The notes below the pieces were generated by a model that had not been told where the DNA came from, ran no database searches, and saw only the letters and a program-made list of their open reading frames with translations. The translations under genes and the position numbers were made by a program. Positions 23,674 to 36,625 of a DNA stretch of 64,000 nucleotides are shown here, in pieces; position 1 is the stretch's first letter, and each line of letters starts with the position of its first letter. This DNA is from Mytilus californianus (Eukaryota): contig NW_026262709.1 of the NCBI RefSeq assembly GCF_021869535.1, forward strand, positions 248,001 through 312,000, given 5' to 3'.

Positions 23674-23754
23674 CTGAACATGGACATACAAAACAACCAT
23701 TTTTCCAGGTTACGCATGTACACATAAAGTTCACCTGAGGACATGAACTAAAAG
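23674..23754 (-). CDS. Mucin/antistasin-like gene, exon 2 (Cys-rich module)
   Basis: TTTCAG|CT TTT AGT...TCA G|GTTTGT; AFSSCPQVNFMCTCVTWKNGCFVCPCSG; 81 nt, phase 1-1. Confidence 0.7.
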
Positions 23755-23786
23755 CTGAAATGAAAGCATCACTCGATAAGGTACGT

Positions 23787-24002
23787 AGAAATAAGAAGAT
23801 GTGGTATGAGTGCCAATGAGACAACTCTTCATCCAAGTCACAATGTGTAAAAAGTAAACAATTATAGGTCAAAGTACTGTTCGGTGTGAGCCAAGGCTCC
23901 GTGTTGAAGACCGTACTGTGACCTATAATGGTTTACTTTTATAAATTTTGACTTGGATGGAGAGTTGTCTCATTGGCACTCATACCACATCTTCTTATAT
24001 CT
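23787..24002. repeat. Fold-back (inverted) pair of family A repeat ends
   Basis: ~90-bp arms (23787-23880 and ~23912-24002) are near reverse complements. Confidence 0.85.
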
Positions 24003-25167
24003 ATTGTTAGCATATCTGGACAATAAATAGCCTTTGCTTTGTACATCTTTACTGATTTGTGGTTTCAAAATAATATACATTTTAGCCAGGAGGACCCACA
24101 TGTTTGTTTACACACTTTATGAACTTGTATAATCTTTTTAGCTCTGACTTGTTGTTTAGTTTGCTCATCAGTTTTTAAAAATTTAATGTATTTACACGAG
24201 CTAAATATTATTTTTCGAGATATAAAAGGGACGATGTAATGTTTCTAAGTACATTTGTCGTTTACAACTTTGAAATTAGAAGTAAAATCAAGCTTTTCGG
24301 TGTTTTTTTTTTTTTTTTATTGATGTAACGTTTCCACTTAGAGCACGTGCTGTCAGATATGTTACATTTTATTAAGAAATAAAACATTATTTTGGAATGC
24401 GATTGTTGTCAAATTATGAAATCTTACGAATCATATAAATGCAAGTAATGTTATTAATCAATATGATATAAAATAATAAAAACTACAAATGTACTGTCCT
24501 TGTCTTATTTGGAATATCAATAAAATATGCAGATTTATAGCTTGCACAGACAAGAACAATTTAGTCTTGCAGATATATATTCCCGATTATCACAAAAGTT
24601 TGTCACTGAACGTTAAGAATGCACCAATCAATCATATTTTGCGTCCAAGGATATTATAAAGTACAATTACTTTCATAGCAATGCACATGGAATTTCCCTT
24701 ACGTGAATTTCACCCCGAAAAAAATGAAATGAAAAGAAATTCACCTAATTTATTTTTCTGTGATTGTCCCCGAAGATGTCATTATTTTATATAAAAATCA
24801 ATACATAATCGTTATTGTATTAAAAGATTATGGTATTCATTGTAAACAAAGTGCGGATCCAGATAGTTCATTTTCACTGTCATATGCGAGTATTACTATG
24901 ATCGTAAAATAAAACATGATTGGGAAAAACCGAGTTTGTTTACTTTTTGAAAATACAAAATAATTGATTTGAATGCATGTTTGCACACAATCTCATTAGA
25001 ATATGACTTATGTACAATAACATGATTAAAGTCCAAATATGTGTTATTAAAGCAACACAATGTAGAATATCGATGGTTGAAAGCGATTCATTTTAACTAT
25101 AAGTGCGATGCATTATCACTGTACGTGCGAGTATTTCTGATGTGGGATTTCCGCGGTGCGATGATTT

Positions 25168-25420
25168 TTATGCCCCACCTACGATAGTCTGTGCGTCCGT
25201 TCGTCCGTCCGTCCCGCTTCAGGTTAAAGTTTTTGGTCAAGGTAGTTTTTGATGAAGTTGAAGTCCAATCAACTTGAAACTTAGTACACATGTTCCCTAT
25301 GATATGATCTTTCTAATTTTAATGCCAAATTAGAGTTTTGACCCCAATTTCACGGTCCACTGAACATAGAAAATGATAGTGCGAGTTGGGCATCCGTGTA
25401 CTATGGACACATTCTTGTTC
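25168..25420 (+). mobile_element. HINE/pearl-like non-autonomous element
   Basis: TTTTTATGCCCC start, (CCGT)n microsatellite, core, terminal GCATCCGTGTACTATGGACACATTCTTGTT. Confidence 0.6.
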
Positions 25421-25509
25421 ATTATAGATTTATGTGATAATTGGACATGCAACGATTTCTCACTTGGATGGCTGTACGCGTTTCTCTTGTAAATGTATCA
25501 TATATTTAT

Positions 25510-26645
25510 AAACAAGAGTGCACAGGCTGAAATGTCTCGCTTTACTAACCATTGATTTTATGTTGAAAGTCTTAACGATAAAGGTTTAACTAAAAGCATC
25601 ACAGAAACTCAGGTCAGATAAATGCTGTCAGACAGACATATACACCTAACCATTTTTTATACACAAAATATATTTGACCTATATCTTATGATAATTGAAA
25701 AACAGACAAAAAAAAAAACAAACAAAACAAATAACTTAACATTGACCTATGAACAATGAAAATGAAGTCAAAGTCAGATGATACCTGCCAGACAGACATA
25801 TACACCTTAATCATTCCATACACCAAATATTGTTGACCTATTGTTTATAGTACTTGAAAAAAGACCAAAACACAAAAACTTAACATTGACCAATGAACCA
25901 TGAAAATGAGATCAAGGTCAGATGATACATGTCAAACAGACATGTACACCTTACAATCCTTCTATACACCGAATATAGTTGACCTATTGCTTAAAGTACT
26001 TAAAAAACAGACCAAACCACAAAAACTTATAACATTGACCAATGAACCATGAAAATGAAGTCAAGGTTATAGATGAAACACCATTACCCATTACAGTCAT
26101 TCTATACACCAAATATAGTTGACCTATGGCTTATAGTAATAGAAAAACAGACCAAAACTTAACATTGACCAATGAACCACGACAATGTACCCATTAGTCA
26201 TTCCATACACCACATACAGTATATTTGACCTGTTGCTTATAGTATTTGAGGAACGGACCTAATCACGTAACTTTAACCTTGGTCACTTATCCATGAAATG
26301 AGGTCGAGGTCACGAGTGAACCCTGAATGACGGACATGTAGACGTTGCAATGAACCCATATACCAAATATGGTTATCCTATTACTCATAATAAGTAAGAA
26401 ATTTACATGACAAAAAAACTCAATTTTTTTTTCAAGCAGTCGTTGAACCATGAAAATGAGGATAAGGACATTGGACTTATGACAGACGGAAACTTCGTAA
26501 CATAAGGTATCTGCATACAAGATATGAAGCATTCAGGTCTTCTACCTTCTGAAATATAAATTACTTTTTACAAATAGTTTACGCCGCCGACGCCGCCACC
26601 GCCGCCGCCGGATAGTAATACCTTTTCGTCGCAGGCGAGACAAAA
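25510..26645 (-). mobile_element. HINE/pearl-like element with internal ~150-bp tandem array
   Basis: AACAAGAG end; repeated AACATTGACC(T/A)ATGAACCATGAAAATGA units; (GCC)n microsatellite and short terminal hairpin near 26580-26645. Confidence 0.65.
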
Positions 26646-27127
26646 CAATACATTTATTATATTATTTTTATCTTATTAAAAAAATCAGAAATTTTTCGTC
26701 TGTTTATTTATCATTCTTCATTAGAAATACATGACAGATACAGTAGAAATGGAATTTTAGGATTTGCACTTTGTATACACTGGTATTGCTATTTCAAATT
26801 TAAATGAGAAAGCTTGCTATATAAAAACATTCACAATTGCAAGTAAAAAATATGTGAAAATGATGTTAAACTTACATTACGTTATAAAGGTGAATTACAA
26901 ATTAACAAAAATATTTTGTAAATTTCTCAAATATATACCCTCATGCATGCATTTTACATGAATATTAAAATTAGAGATATGTGGTATTGTTGCCAATGAG
27001 ACAATTATCCACTAGAGACCAATGAAGTGAATCATTATAACCTAAGAGTCAAGTACTTTTTTAGTAATTTGTTTTTAATTAACGTCTATGACCTTTTGTC
27101 TCTGTAATAAAATAATTATATACTCAC

Positions 27128-27173
27128 CGACAACTGTGGTACAGTATAAAACGAAACATCGGAAAACTATCAT
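27128..27173 (-). CDS. Mucin/antistasin-like gene, exon 1 (signal peptide)
   Basis: ATG at 27173; MIVFRCFVLYCTTVV + G|GTGAGT phase-1 donor; splices in frame to exon 2 giving ...VVAFSSCP. Confidence 0.6.
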
Positions 27174-30100
27174 ATTTTAGTAACTTTTTAAGGCGCTTGT
27201 TTAAATTATGTGGGAATACGGTTGATCTCAGTCCCGTCTACACCTAAAGACGCAAAGTTATTTCAGTTCAACGACAGGTGAAAGAAAATAGAAAATTGAT
27301 AAGATACAGGTCTAGTCAACGTATCTGTAAATATAGATCATACATTGTTGCATACACATTTTATGGGATTGATATCTTAACGGTGACATGATATTCCGGA
27401 GCTTGCTTGGAGGTCAAATTTTCGAAAGTTTTACCTGGCGTGGTTGACCGTTTTGGAATATTTGTGTCCCAAATGAACACGGATTCGTTCCATTTGGAAA
27501 GATTTAATTAGGTCTTCTTTTCATCGATTGTATCTTTTTGCATTTTCCGATTTATCAAGGGAATAATTTGTTGATCACCGAGTTTAAATTATCAACAGCC
27601 CGAATAAAAATCCTGTAAGGATTTGTACGTGCCACCAGCAACACGGGACGTGCTAATCGCGGAGCAGACATTACTTACCCATCCAGAGCTTCAGAGATTT
27701 TGGGATGGTTTATGCTGTATAATGCATAGCGAAATTTTTTCTTTTTTTTTATTGAACACGGGTGTTGTCTGTGTTTCTTAGACTAGATGTTTATACCTTC
27801 TTGATATTTCATACTTTTATGTAATCATGGTAACTGATCAAAAGATCACACAGTCAAGGACTTATTGTTATTTGCATTAGGTATTTCACATTTCATATAT
27901 AAGGCGATACACGTGTTCTACAAAGAATATAAATATCCTCTTTTAGTCATAAAGCTCTTAACTTGTTTCGGTTCATATACATCCTTATCTTTCAAATATT
28001 TGGCTTTGAACGTTTCTGATGAAGATTAATCCAGAAAAGCGCTTCGGACTTGTTTTTTCTTCTTTTTTAATATTGAATTTTGCTTTTTTATTCATGATAT
28101 TCTTCATTGCCTAATGGAGTCAAAAATAGTTGACAAATCACAAACTATAAACTATTCACTGCAGTTCAATTGTGTTCTATTTTAAATTTACAAAAATATT
28201 ATCACATAAAAACATTAACAAGAAATAAGAATTTGCATATTGACTTCGGTCAACACTTTTACACCCCAATAGAACTACAAAAAGAAGCATTCATTTCTTA
28301 AATAATTTTTAATAACATCACATTAAGCTTTATCAATGCTCTTGTCATGTTTTAATACTTTCACCATTTATTTCAGCTTCTCTAATTTTAATCGTCAAGT
28401 TTACAAACCAGAAATAAAGATTTGAAGGTGTTTTTTGTCGCCATTTAGTTTTATCTAGATATCATTATCATTTGACTCTTCAAATTAATTTTAATTTACC
28501 GTTTTTTTGTAATGCTGAACTAGTCACTAGTCTAAGACTACGAAACACTCTTTGCAAAAACAATATAATTACGAAAAAATGATAAAATTCGACAAAACTG
28601 AAGCAAATTTTCTTTTACAATTACTCTAAACGGACCGGTAACCTACTAGATCATCAGACTTTTCTCCTATGTAGCTTCATACAAACGTGACAAACGTAAA
28701 TCAACGGGCGGAGTCCTCAATAACAAAAACGACACTCCTGCTTATTGAAACATTTTATTGTCTTTGTGTTAGGGATAACAACTGTTCCTTCACATATTTA
28801 GGTTTACGCATGATTAATTAATTTAAGATATTATGTTGATAAATTGAAATAGTTATTTATAAACATCGAGCTTTAAATATTTTAATCAATACAAGAACGA
28901 TTACTCTAGAAGAAAAACTTTACAGAATATGATGCAACTTGTAGAAATGATATAAACTTTGACAGAATGATTAGTGTACAGGTTGTGCAATATTTGTGAA
29001 CAGTATGATATATATATAATGAGTTACAACTAGATATTGTAAATATTTTGTAGGATCTTCTGTAGTTATTCAGGTAAATATAACTAAAATTCGCACACTC
29101 TTTTTATTATTTATTTAATAATTGTGTGGTATACTAATTAACTCTATATTTAAAGTTTAACACTTATTGACTTTTCACACTGATGTATGAATATGGAAAT
29201 AAATAAACGAATTAAAAGAAAAATACACACGCCTTCCCCTATAGTTGGGATAATTTTTATTTTTGTTTGTGGGGGTTGGAGGGGGTAGAGGTAATTATAA
29301 ATTTTTATCTAGCATTGCTTATGCTTTATATAAAGCAGTTTGTCTTAAATATTTGTTTCGCTTTTTGCAAGTCAGGGGGCCTCCTCCTTCCGAATATGAA
29401 AGGATTATGTTTACCTGCATTCGAGTATTATGTCGATAATAATTGGATTGAATTAAGGTCCTATCATTGTATGACTGCGGTGCCGTTTTGCATAGTTCCT
29501 TTATTCTAGTTGACCAATATTATGCACTATTCTTCTTGCTATACAATGCTGTCAAAGAATTGATACTCAAACAACCCATAAATTTAACGAAAAAAAAATT
29601 AAAAAAATAAAATGGCCCATATACATGTAATGGCATACTATCGAAAAATTAAAGTAACTGCCGTTTACGAAATATTCCGAGAAACTCGAAGTGGATTGAA
29701 GTCGTTCGGTATATTTTCTAACTGTTATCCTGGTCGTTTGACACATGGTAAATTATGGAACTGTTTTGACTTTCTTGATAGACACATCAACAATGACTTC
29801 TTGTTTTATCAAATACAAAAAGCAATTACAAAAACTATCTCCCTTTTATGTTTCCCATGATAGCAAAGATCGTCCAATCTGAAATGATTATAACACACAT
29901 TTTTTCCCTAGAGAAAGAGGCTATAAAGAAGTCCATTTATAAATTTCAGTCATCTATCTCAATAGAATGCAATAGACTTATGTTAAAATCCGTGTCTTTA
30001 AAAGCATATATGTTTTTAAAGTTTTTTATGCGAGTGTGGTATTGATGTGGGGTAGTAGGGGCACTGCATGCTTTATGAAAATTCTGATCTATATATCTGA

Positions 30101-30245
30101 AACCCGAGTTAATGTATCTCTTACGTTTTTGTGAGGAGCTTTTAGAAGTATGCCAATTGATTTTTCCAAGGTCATAGGTCTGTATATATATTCTTGATTT
30201 AAAATAACAGACAGCAAACGATTATTTTGTTTTTCCAGGTTCAAC

Positions 30246-31688
30246 ATGGAAACTAGCACTGTGTGCACTGAGCACCTCAAGTTATGCAAGTTTTATTGCC
30301 CAAGACACACAGATATTCTATGTTCGCAGTGTACAGTAAAATACCTTCACCGATCATGTCATTTGTCTGATATAGATGAGCTCTTGTCGAATTCTTACTA
30401 CGGTCCACTTGTCAAACACGCGCATGAATCGGTCACTGAAAGCCTAGAGATTATCCAACAAAAAGTTCATGACTTGAAGCAAAATCACAATACCGAAAGT
30501 GTCAATTCGGTAACCAATCAAGATGCCGGAAAGGTCAATTCGGAAGCTAATGACAATACTCACAATACAGGAAGTGACAATTCGGAAACCAGATCTTTCA
30601 TGGTGGAATGTAGTAAACAATACGATTCGGTCACAATTTCAATAATCACAAGAATGAACGAGTTAAAAGGCAGTGATATGACAAAAGAACAGTTCTGTTT
30701 TGTTGTATCAACGTACCGATTTCTTTTCACTTTAGGGAATATTTTACAAAATGTAAAAAAGTATTTTCATACGAATGAATGTTGCATATCCTTTTTGAAA
30801 TCATGTCAACAGCTGATTACAACGTTCCATCTGCATATACGAATGAGAGAGAAAACATGTTTGGTGAATATAAGCAGTTATAGTATAGTTCAACCGTTAA
30901 GCAATAATTCGGGTAGATTGGTGATCGAACTCAACAGGAAAATTATTTTACCAAAAGGAGAAAGAAAGTTTATGATAACTTCCTGTTGGTTCATGCCAGA
31001 TAGTAAAATGGTATTTCTAGTAACATTTGTTCATACTCTTGATAAGTCTTTAATTATTCACGATGAATACGGTTCGCCAATCCAATCTATCCCCATATAT
31101 GGACGATTATGGGACGTAACCCCGGTTGGTATTGACAAGATGATTGTTCGTTATATTGATTGGAATTGGTTTGAGGTGCTTGACTTTTCCCAGCCTAATC
31201 GTGTCGAATCAAGGAGGTTAAGACAGATATCCTTCAAAAACGATTTAAAGTTTAGTTCATCCGATAATTCTTTCGTGGAAGTTTATCGTCCTTCTGGTGA
31301 AATTATTACGTCATTTCCGGTAGGAAAGGATAGATTGTTCACTGAAATATGTTCAGACAAGTCAAACATTTATTATATCGACAAGAAGCGAAACATCATG
31401 AACTGCTTTAGAAAAGATGATACATTTAAACGGATGTGTAAATTCGATAACAATGAATGTATTACTTCAGTCATGGCAATAGGCAGTGGATGTGTTCTGT
31501 TAACCGGTAAGCACAATCTAGCCGTCCTTAATTTTGACCAAAGAATTAGGCATAATGTCAAAGTGGACGGAGCAGAAAACTTCAATGATATGTGGACAAG
31601 TTTTAATCGTAAAAATAACACGTTGTTAGTTTGTAGTAATAGTGACGACTTTGCGTTATTATTTAACGTGAAAAGCGCAGAAAACTAA
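30246..31688 (+). CDS. B-box zinc finger / coiled-coil / beta-propeller (TRIM-like) protein, single coding exon
   Basis: 480-aa ORF; CTEH-x7-CPRH-x4-CSQC-x5-HRSCH B-box; helical middle; C-terminal beta-strand repeats; splice acceptor TTTTCCAG| at 30238 just before the ATG. Confidence 0.75.
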   Translation: METSTVCTEHLKLCKFYCPRHTDILCSQCTVKYLHRSCHLSDIDELLSNSYYGPLVKHAHESVTESLEIIQQKVHDLKQNHNTESVNSVTNQDAGKVNSEANDNTHNTGSDNSETRSFMVECSKQYDSVTISIITRMNELKGSDMTKEQFCFVVSTYRFLFTLGNILQNVKKYFHTNECCISFLKSCQQLITTFHLHIRMREKTCLVNISSYSIVQPLSNNSGRLVIELNRKIILPKGERKFMITSCWFMPDSKMVFLVTFVHTLDKSLIIHDEYGSPIQSIPIYGRLWDVTPVGIDKMIVRYIDWNWFEVLDFSQPNRVESRRLRQISFKNDLKFSSSDNSFVEVYRPSGEIITSFPVGKDRLFTEICSDKSNIYYIDKKRNIMNCFRKDDTFKRMCKFDNNECITSVMAIGSGCVLLTGKHNLAVLNFDQRIRHNVKVDGAENFNDMWTSFNRKNNTLLVCSNSDDFALLFNVKSAEN

Positions 31689-32194
31689 CTGTGTAATGCA
31701 AATTGTGTTATGATAGATAAATTAATGTATTTAAAAAAATCGATGCATTTTAATTTGTGTATTTTTTCATTCAAATAACAAACACATAGTAATAACGTTA
31801 TATCATTGAAAACATTAAAAAAAAACCACACAAGCAATAATTTTATGATATAATAATAATGATGTGATATACAAAGGAGAGTTATCGGTTATCACACACA
31901 ACGTGTTTAAACATACCATTAAATGGTTATTCGAACAGTCCCATTAATCTTAATTGATCTCCTTTTAAGCTACATAAATTTAACTCCTGCTCGTCGAATG
32001 GTAAAAAACACAAATTGCGCCAGGAATCTACAGGTTGATAATTAGTCAGGTATCTTATTATAATACAAGACTTATATCACCATAACTTTGATTGTTAATT
32101 AATCAGGTATCTTATTACAATACAAGACTTATGTCACCATAACTTTGATTGTTAATTACGTTAGTTTCTGCAGTTTCCAAAAATTACCAAAACA

Positions 32195-33140
32195 ATAACA
32201 TGCTCCGCTGGGCGCAGCTTGATACGAACGCAGAGGTCGAATCCTGAACAGTTGGGGCAAGTATGATCATTACATGCAAGCTTGATACATCTGATTGTGA
32301 TTAAATATTTGACACAGCATTTGTTTCTGAATGTGGTCAAAGAACTGAAAAATTTGTGAAATTTTAGTTTTACCTATTATGGTCCAATATCCAAAATTTA
32401 AATAGACGGTTAGATTCAGAATATCCAAGTACACCAAGAATTTTTTTATTAATTGTCCATTAATTATTTATTAATGGACAATACGAGCTTACTTTTTAAA
32501 GGGGTTCGCTTCATAAAAAAATGCATATAGGGCCCCAAAATTAAAAGTCTAAATTCATGGTTAGATTCATCATATCAAAGAACCCCATTACTTCAATTTT
32601 TGATGAAATCAAACAAAGTTTATTTTTGGACCTCAATTTGGACCAATTTAAAAACGGGGTTCAAAATCCTAAATCGTAATACAGGTTAGATTCATCGTAT
32701 TAAAACAATCACATGAATTCAAGAATTTGAATTAAACCCCATTGAAATTTTATCAGAAATAAGTAATTTATACAAAGAATTAAAACAGTGTTTTTTTTGC
32801 CCCTTTTTCCTACACGATTAAGGCCATAATCCCAAAATCAATCCCAACCTTCCTATTTTGGTATAGAACCTTGTGGTAAAATTTCATAGAGAATCATAGA
32901 CTTATCCTCAAGTTATTGTCCGGAAACCAGAAAGTTCTAGTTTTTTTTTGTCTCCTTATTCCTAAACAGGTAGAACAATAAACCCTAAAATCAATCAAAA
33001 CTTCCTTTTGTGGTATGTAACCTTGGGATACAATTTCATAGAGATCCATATACTTATACTCAAGTAATTTTCTGGAAACCAAATGTCTTCGGACGACGAC
33101 GACGCCGACAACGTCATAACATTATACGACCGCATAAAAA
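32195..33140 (-). mobile_element. HINE-like element with internal tandem subrepeats
   Basis: Homologous to 37285-38412; (ACG)n microsatellite and TATACGACCGCA end. Confidence 0.65.
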
Positions 33141-33956
33141 AAAACCAGATACGTAAAGAACACAGCAAACACGACTTACGTCACCAATGGAAGATCTAAT
33201 ATTTAAAATAAGCTCCACTAATCAAAAACTTCAGAAAACAAACTTGACACATGAATTTAACTTTACAAACCGTATAAATATACCACTGAAAATTCATTTG
33301 AATAAATATAATGGAGTCATACTATTCTTTTTGAAATTTAGTTGTAAGAATGAGTGCTCATACACTATATTATTAAGTGATAAATTGTTTGTCTTGCATG
33401 TTGCAGTTTCAGAACACGACAAGAGTATCTCGATAAAACGCAAGAGAAACAACCAAAAGCAACAGAAACTCATTGAAAAAATAATATAATCTTCATTTTT
33501 GCCCGAGGATTTTTTTCGGCGCCTTTTTAAAAACAAGCAAAGACTCGTTCAAACAATTTTATCTTATGTCCCACACTTTCCCTACGATACACACAATTAC
33601 CCCGACAAAACCGAGAGCATGGGACCTTATAATATTGGCAAGACAGCGCATGACAACTAGAACCAACAAAACAAAAGAAAAAAGAATCTTTATATGCTAC
33701 ACAATATGCTACATAACCTAATACATTATATAGACAAGGTTAATAAAAGAAGATAGTGGTAAATGCCGTAATCATATTAATAACCAGTAATACCTTGTAT
33801 GGCTTTTTAAATAATCTAGGATCCTTCCCAATATTTTTATTGTCCGTTGCGGCTTTTTTATTATTTCATTTCTTTAAATATAAAATATCTAACCAATCTG
33901 CCTGGTTATTGTATATATTAGTCTGCGGATACATCAACAATATTGTAAATTTAATG

Positions 33957-34664
33957 TTACACATTTATATTTTCATCTAGTGTAAAAATTGACGTGTGGT
34001 TCTGTGGTCCTTTCCATTCTTCTTCTATCAACGTTGCAAGTATTGGAAATCGGTCAGACCCGAATACCATTTCCGGTTTATTATTAATGTATATCACAAT
34101 AGTAGGCACACCAAATGCACCATGATTCAAAGCTTCCGTTGTCACTGTTCTAAGTGTCTTTTTGATGGCGTCATCTGTAACTCTGGCAAAGGCGCTTTCT
34201 GATATCACATCATCAATGCCAGCCATTTTGGCGGCTGTCATAAGGTCATTTTTGTCAAATATGCCTTCATCACGACTCCACGCCCTCATCCACAATTCTC
34301 TAGACAGTTTTTCTGTGTATTCTGGATGTTCAGTGTTTATAGCGGTTAGAAACCTCATGGCTGACAAGGAGGTCTTCTCAAACATAACAACGGAGGGATT
34401 CTTTGGTATTTTTATAGGAATCTGGTAATACTTGGCTAATCGTGGAATATCTTTTTTAAAATTATATTTCCCCTTATTTGTAACATACACCGGTGATCTA
34501 TTTCCAGATTCGTGAATTAGACCTCCGAGAAATACTGGTTTGAGTTTAAGATTCATGCTTGTCCAAATTGTTTTGTATCGAACTAGTACTTCAAAAGCTA
34601 CCCAAGAATATGGTGACACGACGTCATAAAAAAGTTCTACACTCTTTTTGAGTGGTGACGACAT
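33957..34664 (-). CDS. GSTK1: Glutathione S-transferase kappa, intronless
   Basis: VELFYDVVSPYSW (catalytic Ser motif), LKPVFLGG, AMRFL, SRELWMRAWS, GAFGVPT, FGSDRF, EEWKGP; 235-aa uninterrupted ORF. Confidence 0.9.
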   Translation of the reverse strand: MSSPLKKSVELFYDVVSPYSWVAFEVLVRYKTIWTSMNLKLKPVFLGGLIHESGNRSPVYVTNKGKYNFKKDIPRLAKYYQIPIKIPKNPSVVMFEKTSLSAMRFLTAINTEHPEYTEKLSRELWMRAWSRDEGIFDKNDLMTAAKMAGIDDVISESAFARVTDDAIKKTLRTVTTEALNHGAFGVPTIVIYINNKPEMVFGSDRFPILATLIEEEWKGPQNHTSIFTLDENINV

Positions 34665-34789
34665 TTTTATACCTATCTACACGTCGCACATTTGCTGTAC
34701 GTTGAATGTTTAAATATCCATCTTCTCATCAACTGAAAAAAAGAAATAACATAAACAATTAACTTTTTCAGATTATGCACAAAATTTAA

Positions 34790-35070
34790 ATTCGATGTGC
34801 TCGGCCTCGAGTGCGATAGGTCATAGGTTCGATCCATGCAATGGTGGTTCAAATGATTTGAAAATTGATATTAGCTGCTTCTGCGCTAACCATGCGACCT
34901 TCAGAAGAAATAGTAGTCGGCTGTTACCTTGTGAACTAGCACGTTAAAATCAAACTAAGCGTTTTGGTCTATAGAAAAGTGACGTCCATATCTATTTCAT
35001 ATTAACATGTTTTTGTCCTGATAAGCATGCATGTAATACTTGCCAGTGGACGTTATACTACAAATCAGCA
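34790..35070 (+). mobile_element. Degenerate tRNA-headed SINE sharing the S1-type 3' tail
   Basis: B box GGTTCGATCC (~34825); tail ...GTCCTGATAAGCATGCATGTAATACTTGCCAGTGGACGTT. Confidence 0.55.
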
Positions 35071-36276
35071 GCATCATTTACAGTAAAATTTTACTTGTCA
35101 AAAGTACGGGATTAACTTTGGAATAATTGTAATGATTTGCATGCATGGACTTGATTATGATTTACTGTGGAAACATCTACAAATTTTCCCCTACTAATCA
35201 AGTATTTATCGACCAATGTAAAAAACATGGGGGAAGGAGTGGTCATTTAATTGTATCGGGGTGAAAATATACATTCTCGTTCAGTCAGCGGGAGGAAGTT
35301 TAATTTGACAGATGTTTATCTGATGCTTTGTGTTTGGGTAGTCAAGTTCTCTTACGCAAAATAATCCCTTGCAATAATTTAGTGTGGTATCTGTAAAATT
35401 CCTATTGCAAGTCAAAATGTTCTGCCCAGTGGAAGTCTAAATTTCCTTCATCCCAGCCGATCCGTTTCTAACCTATAATATGTTCTGCTTCGGAATATAC
35501 ATGGAATATTTTCAATTAATTGTTATTTCAGCAAATAGCTACTCTCAGTCATTTTGAAATATATTGAAGTTCCTAAAATTATACAATTGCAATGAAAGAG
35601 ATGTGGTATGAACGTCAGTAAGACAACTTTCCAGAGGCGGATTTAGAGGGGCAGGGTGCCCAGCTCCCCTTATGGAGCTACATATAAATTATGATAAATA
35701 CATAGACTTTTTACATGTCCCACTCCAAAAGTTGCTTACTTTTGGGGCCCTGTTCCCCCCTTTTTTCAAAACCTTTGATCCGCATCTGCTTTCTACCATA
35801 ACCCAAATGACGTGCGTATAAGCAACTGTAGGTCAAAGTAAGGCTTCAGCGAGCGCAAAATCCATACCGTATATAGAAGGCCACATAAGACCACATTTTC
35901 ATATTTTATATGTCATGTCTAGTCTATGTATCAATTTGAATTTTGGAAACCATCTTCTAATTGCCGAGAGGCTGAGGTAGTCGAGTGTTGAAGAAGTCGT
36001 TTAAGGTATACACGTCACTGTAAAATACCACAATTTCAATGTTAATTCGGACCCGTTTAGAACACCAAACCGATGAGTTCGATTTCAAACAATAGATGAT
36101 AAGGTTTGCCAGCTGTTACATGTACTACATGTAGCCAATGTCGGCAGTTCCCGCATGCACGAAGGGAAAGCCGTGATATATATTGACTGAAAAATCCAGA
36201 TTTGAATAGCATGTCAAACGAGAGATAAGACAACAATAATTATAGTATACAATAAAATAAGGTAAATACCAATTTA

Positions 36277-36625
36277 AGGGTTACTAGGGTATAGACATAA
36301 GTTCATCCCTCGAACTTCTTCGGGATGAATTAATATGCGACCACGTCCGGACGGAATGGGGACGTTAAATACGATGCCTCGGCGTAAAGGGAGTGCCAAG
36401 CTCTCTTTATGTTACAAAATCATAGCAATAAACTTTGAAAAGCTAGCCTATCGAACATACTCCAATTTTTGGGTGGCAGTAGAAATTCTAGCTCTTATTC
36501 TACGTCGATCCATTTTGCATACCATACCTATTGGATAAACTGTTAAATGATTGTTAATTTGTTCTCGTATTGAATAAGCATGAACTATTTACCACTGGAT
36601 TGCAAATAACAACAATTAATTAAAG
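36277..36625 (+). mobile_element. Old diverged S1 copy
   Basis: Retains CCACGTCCGG...GGGGACGTTAAAT.CGATGCCTC core and AATTTGTTCTCGT...CCACTGGA tail. Confidence 0.7.
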
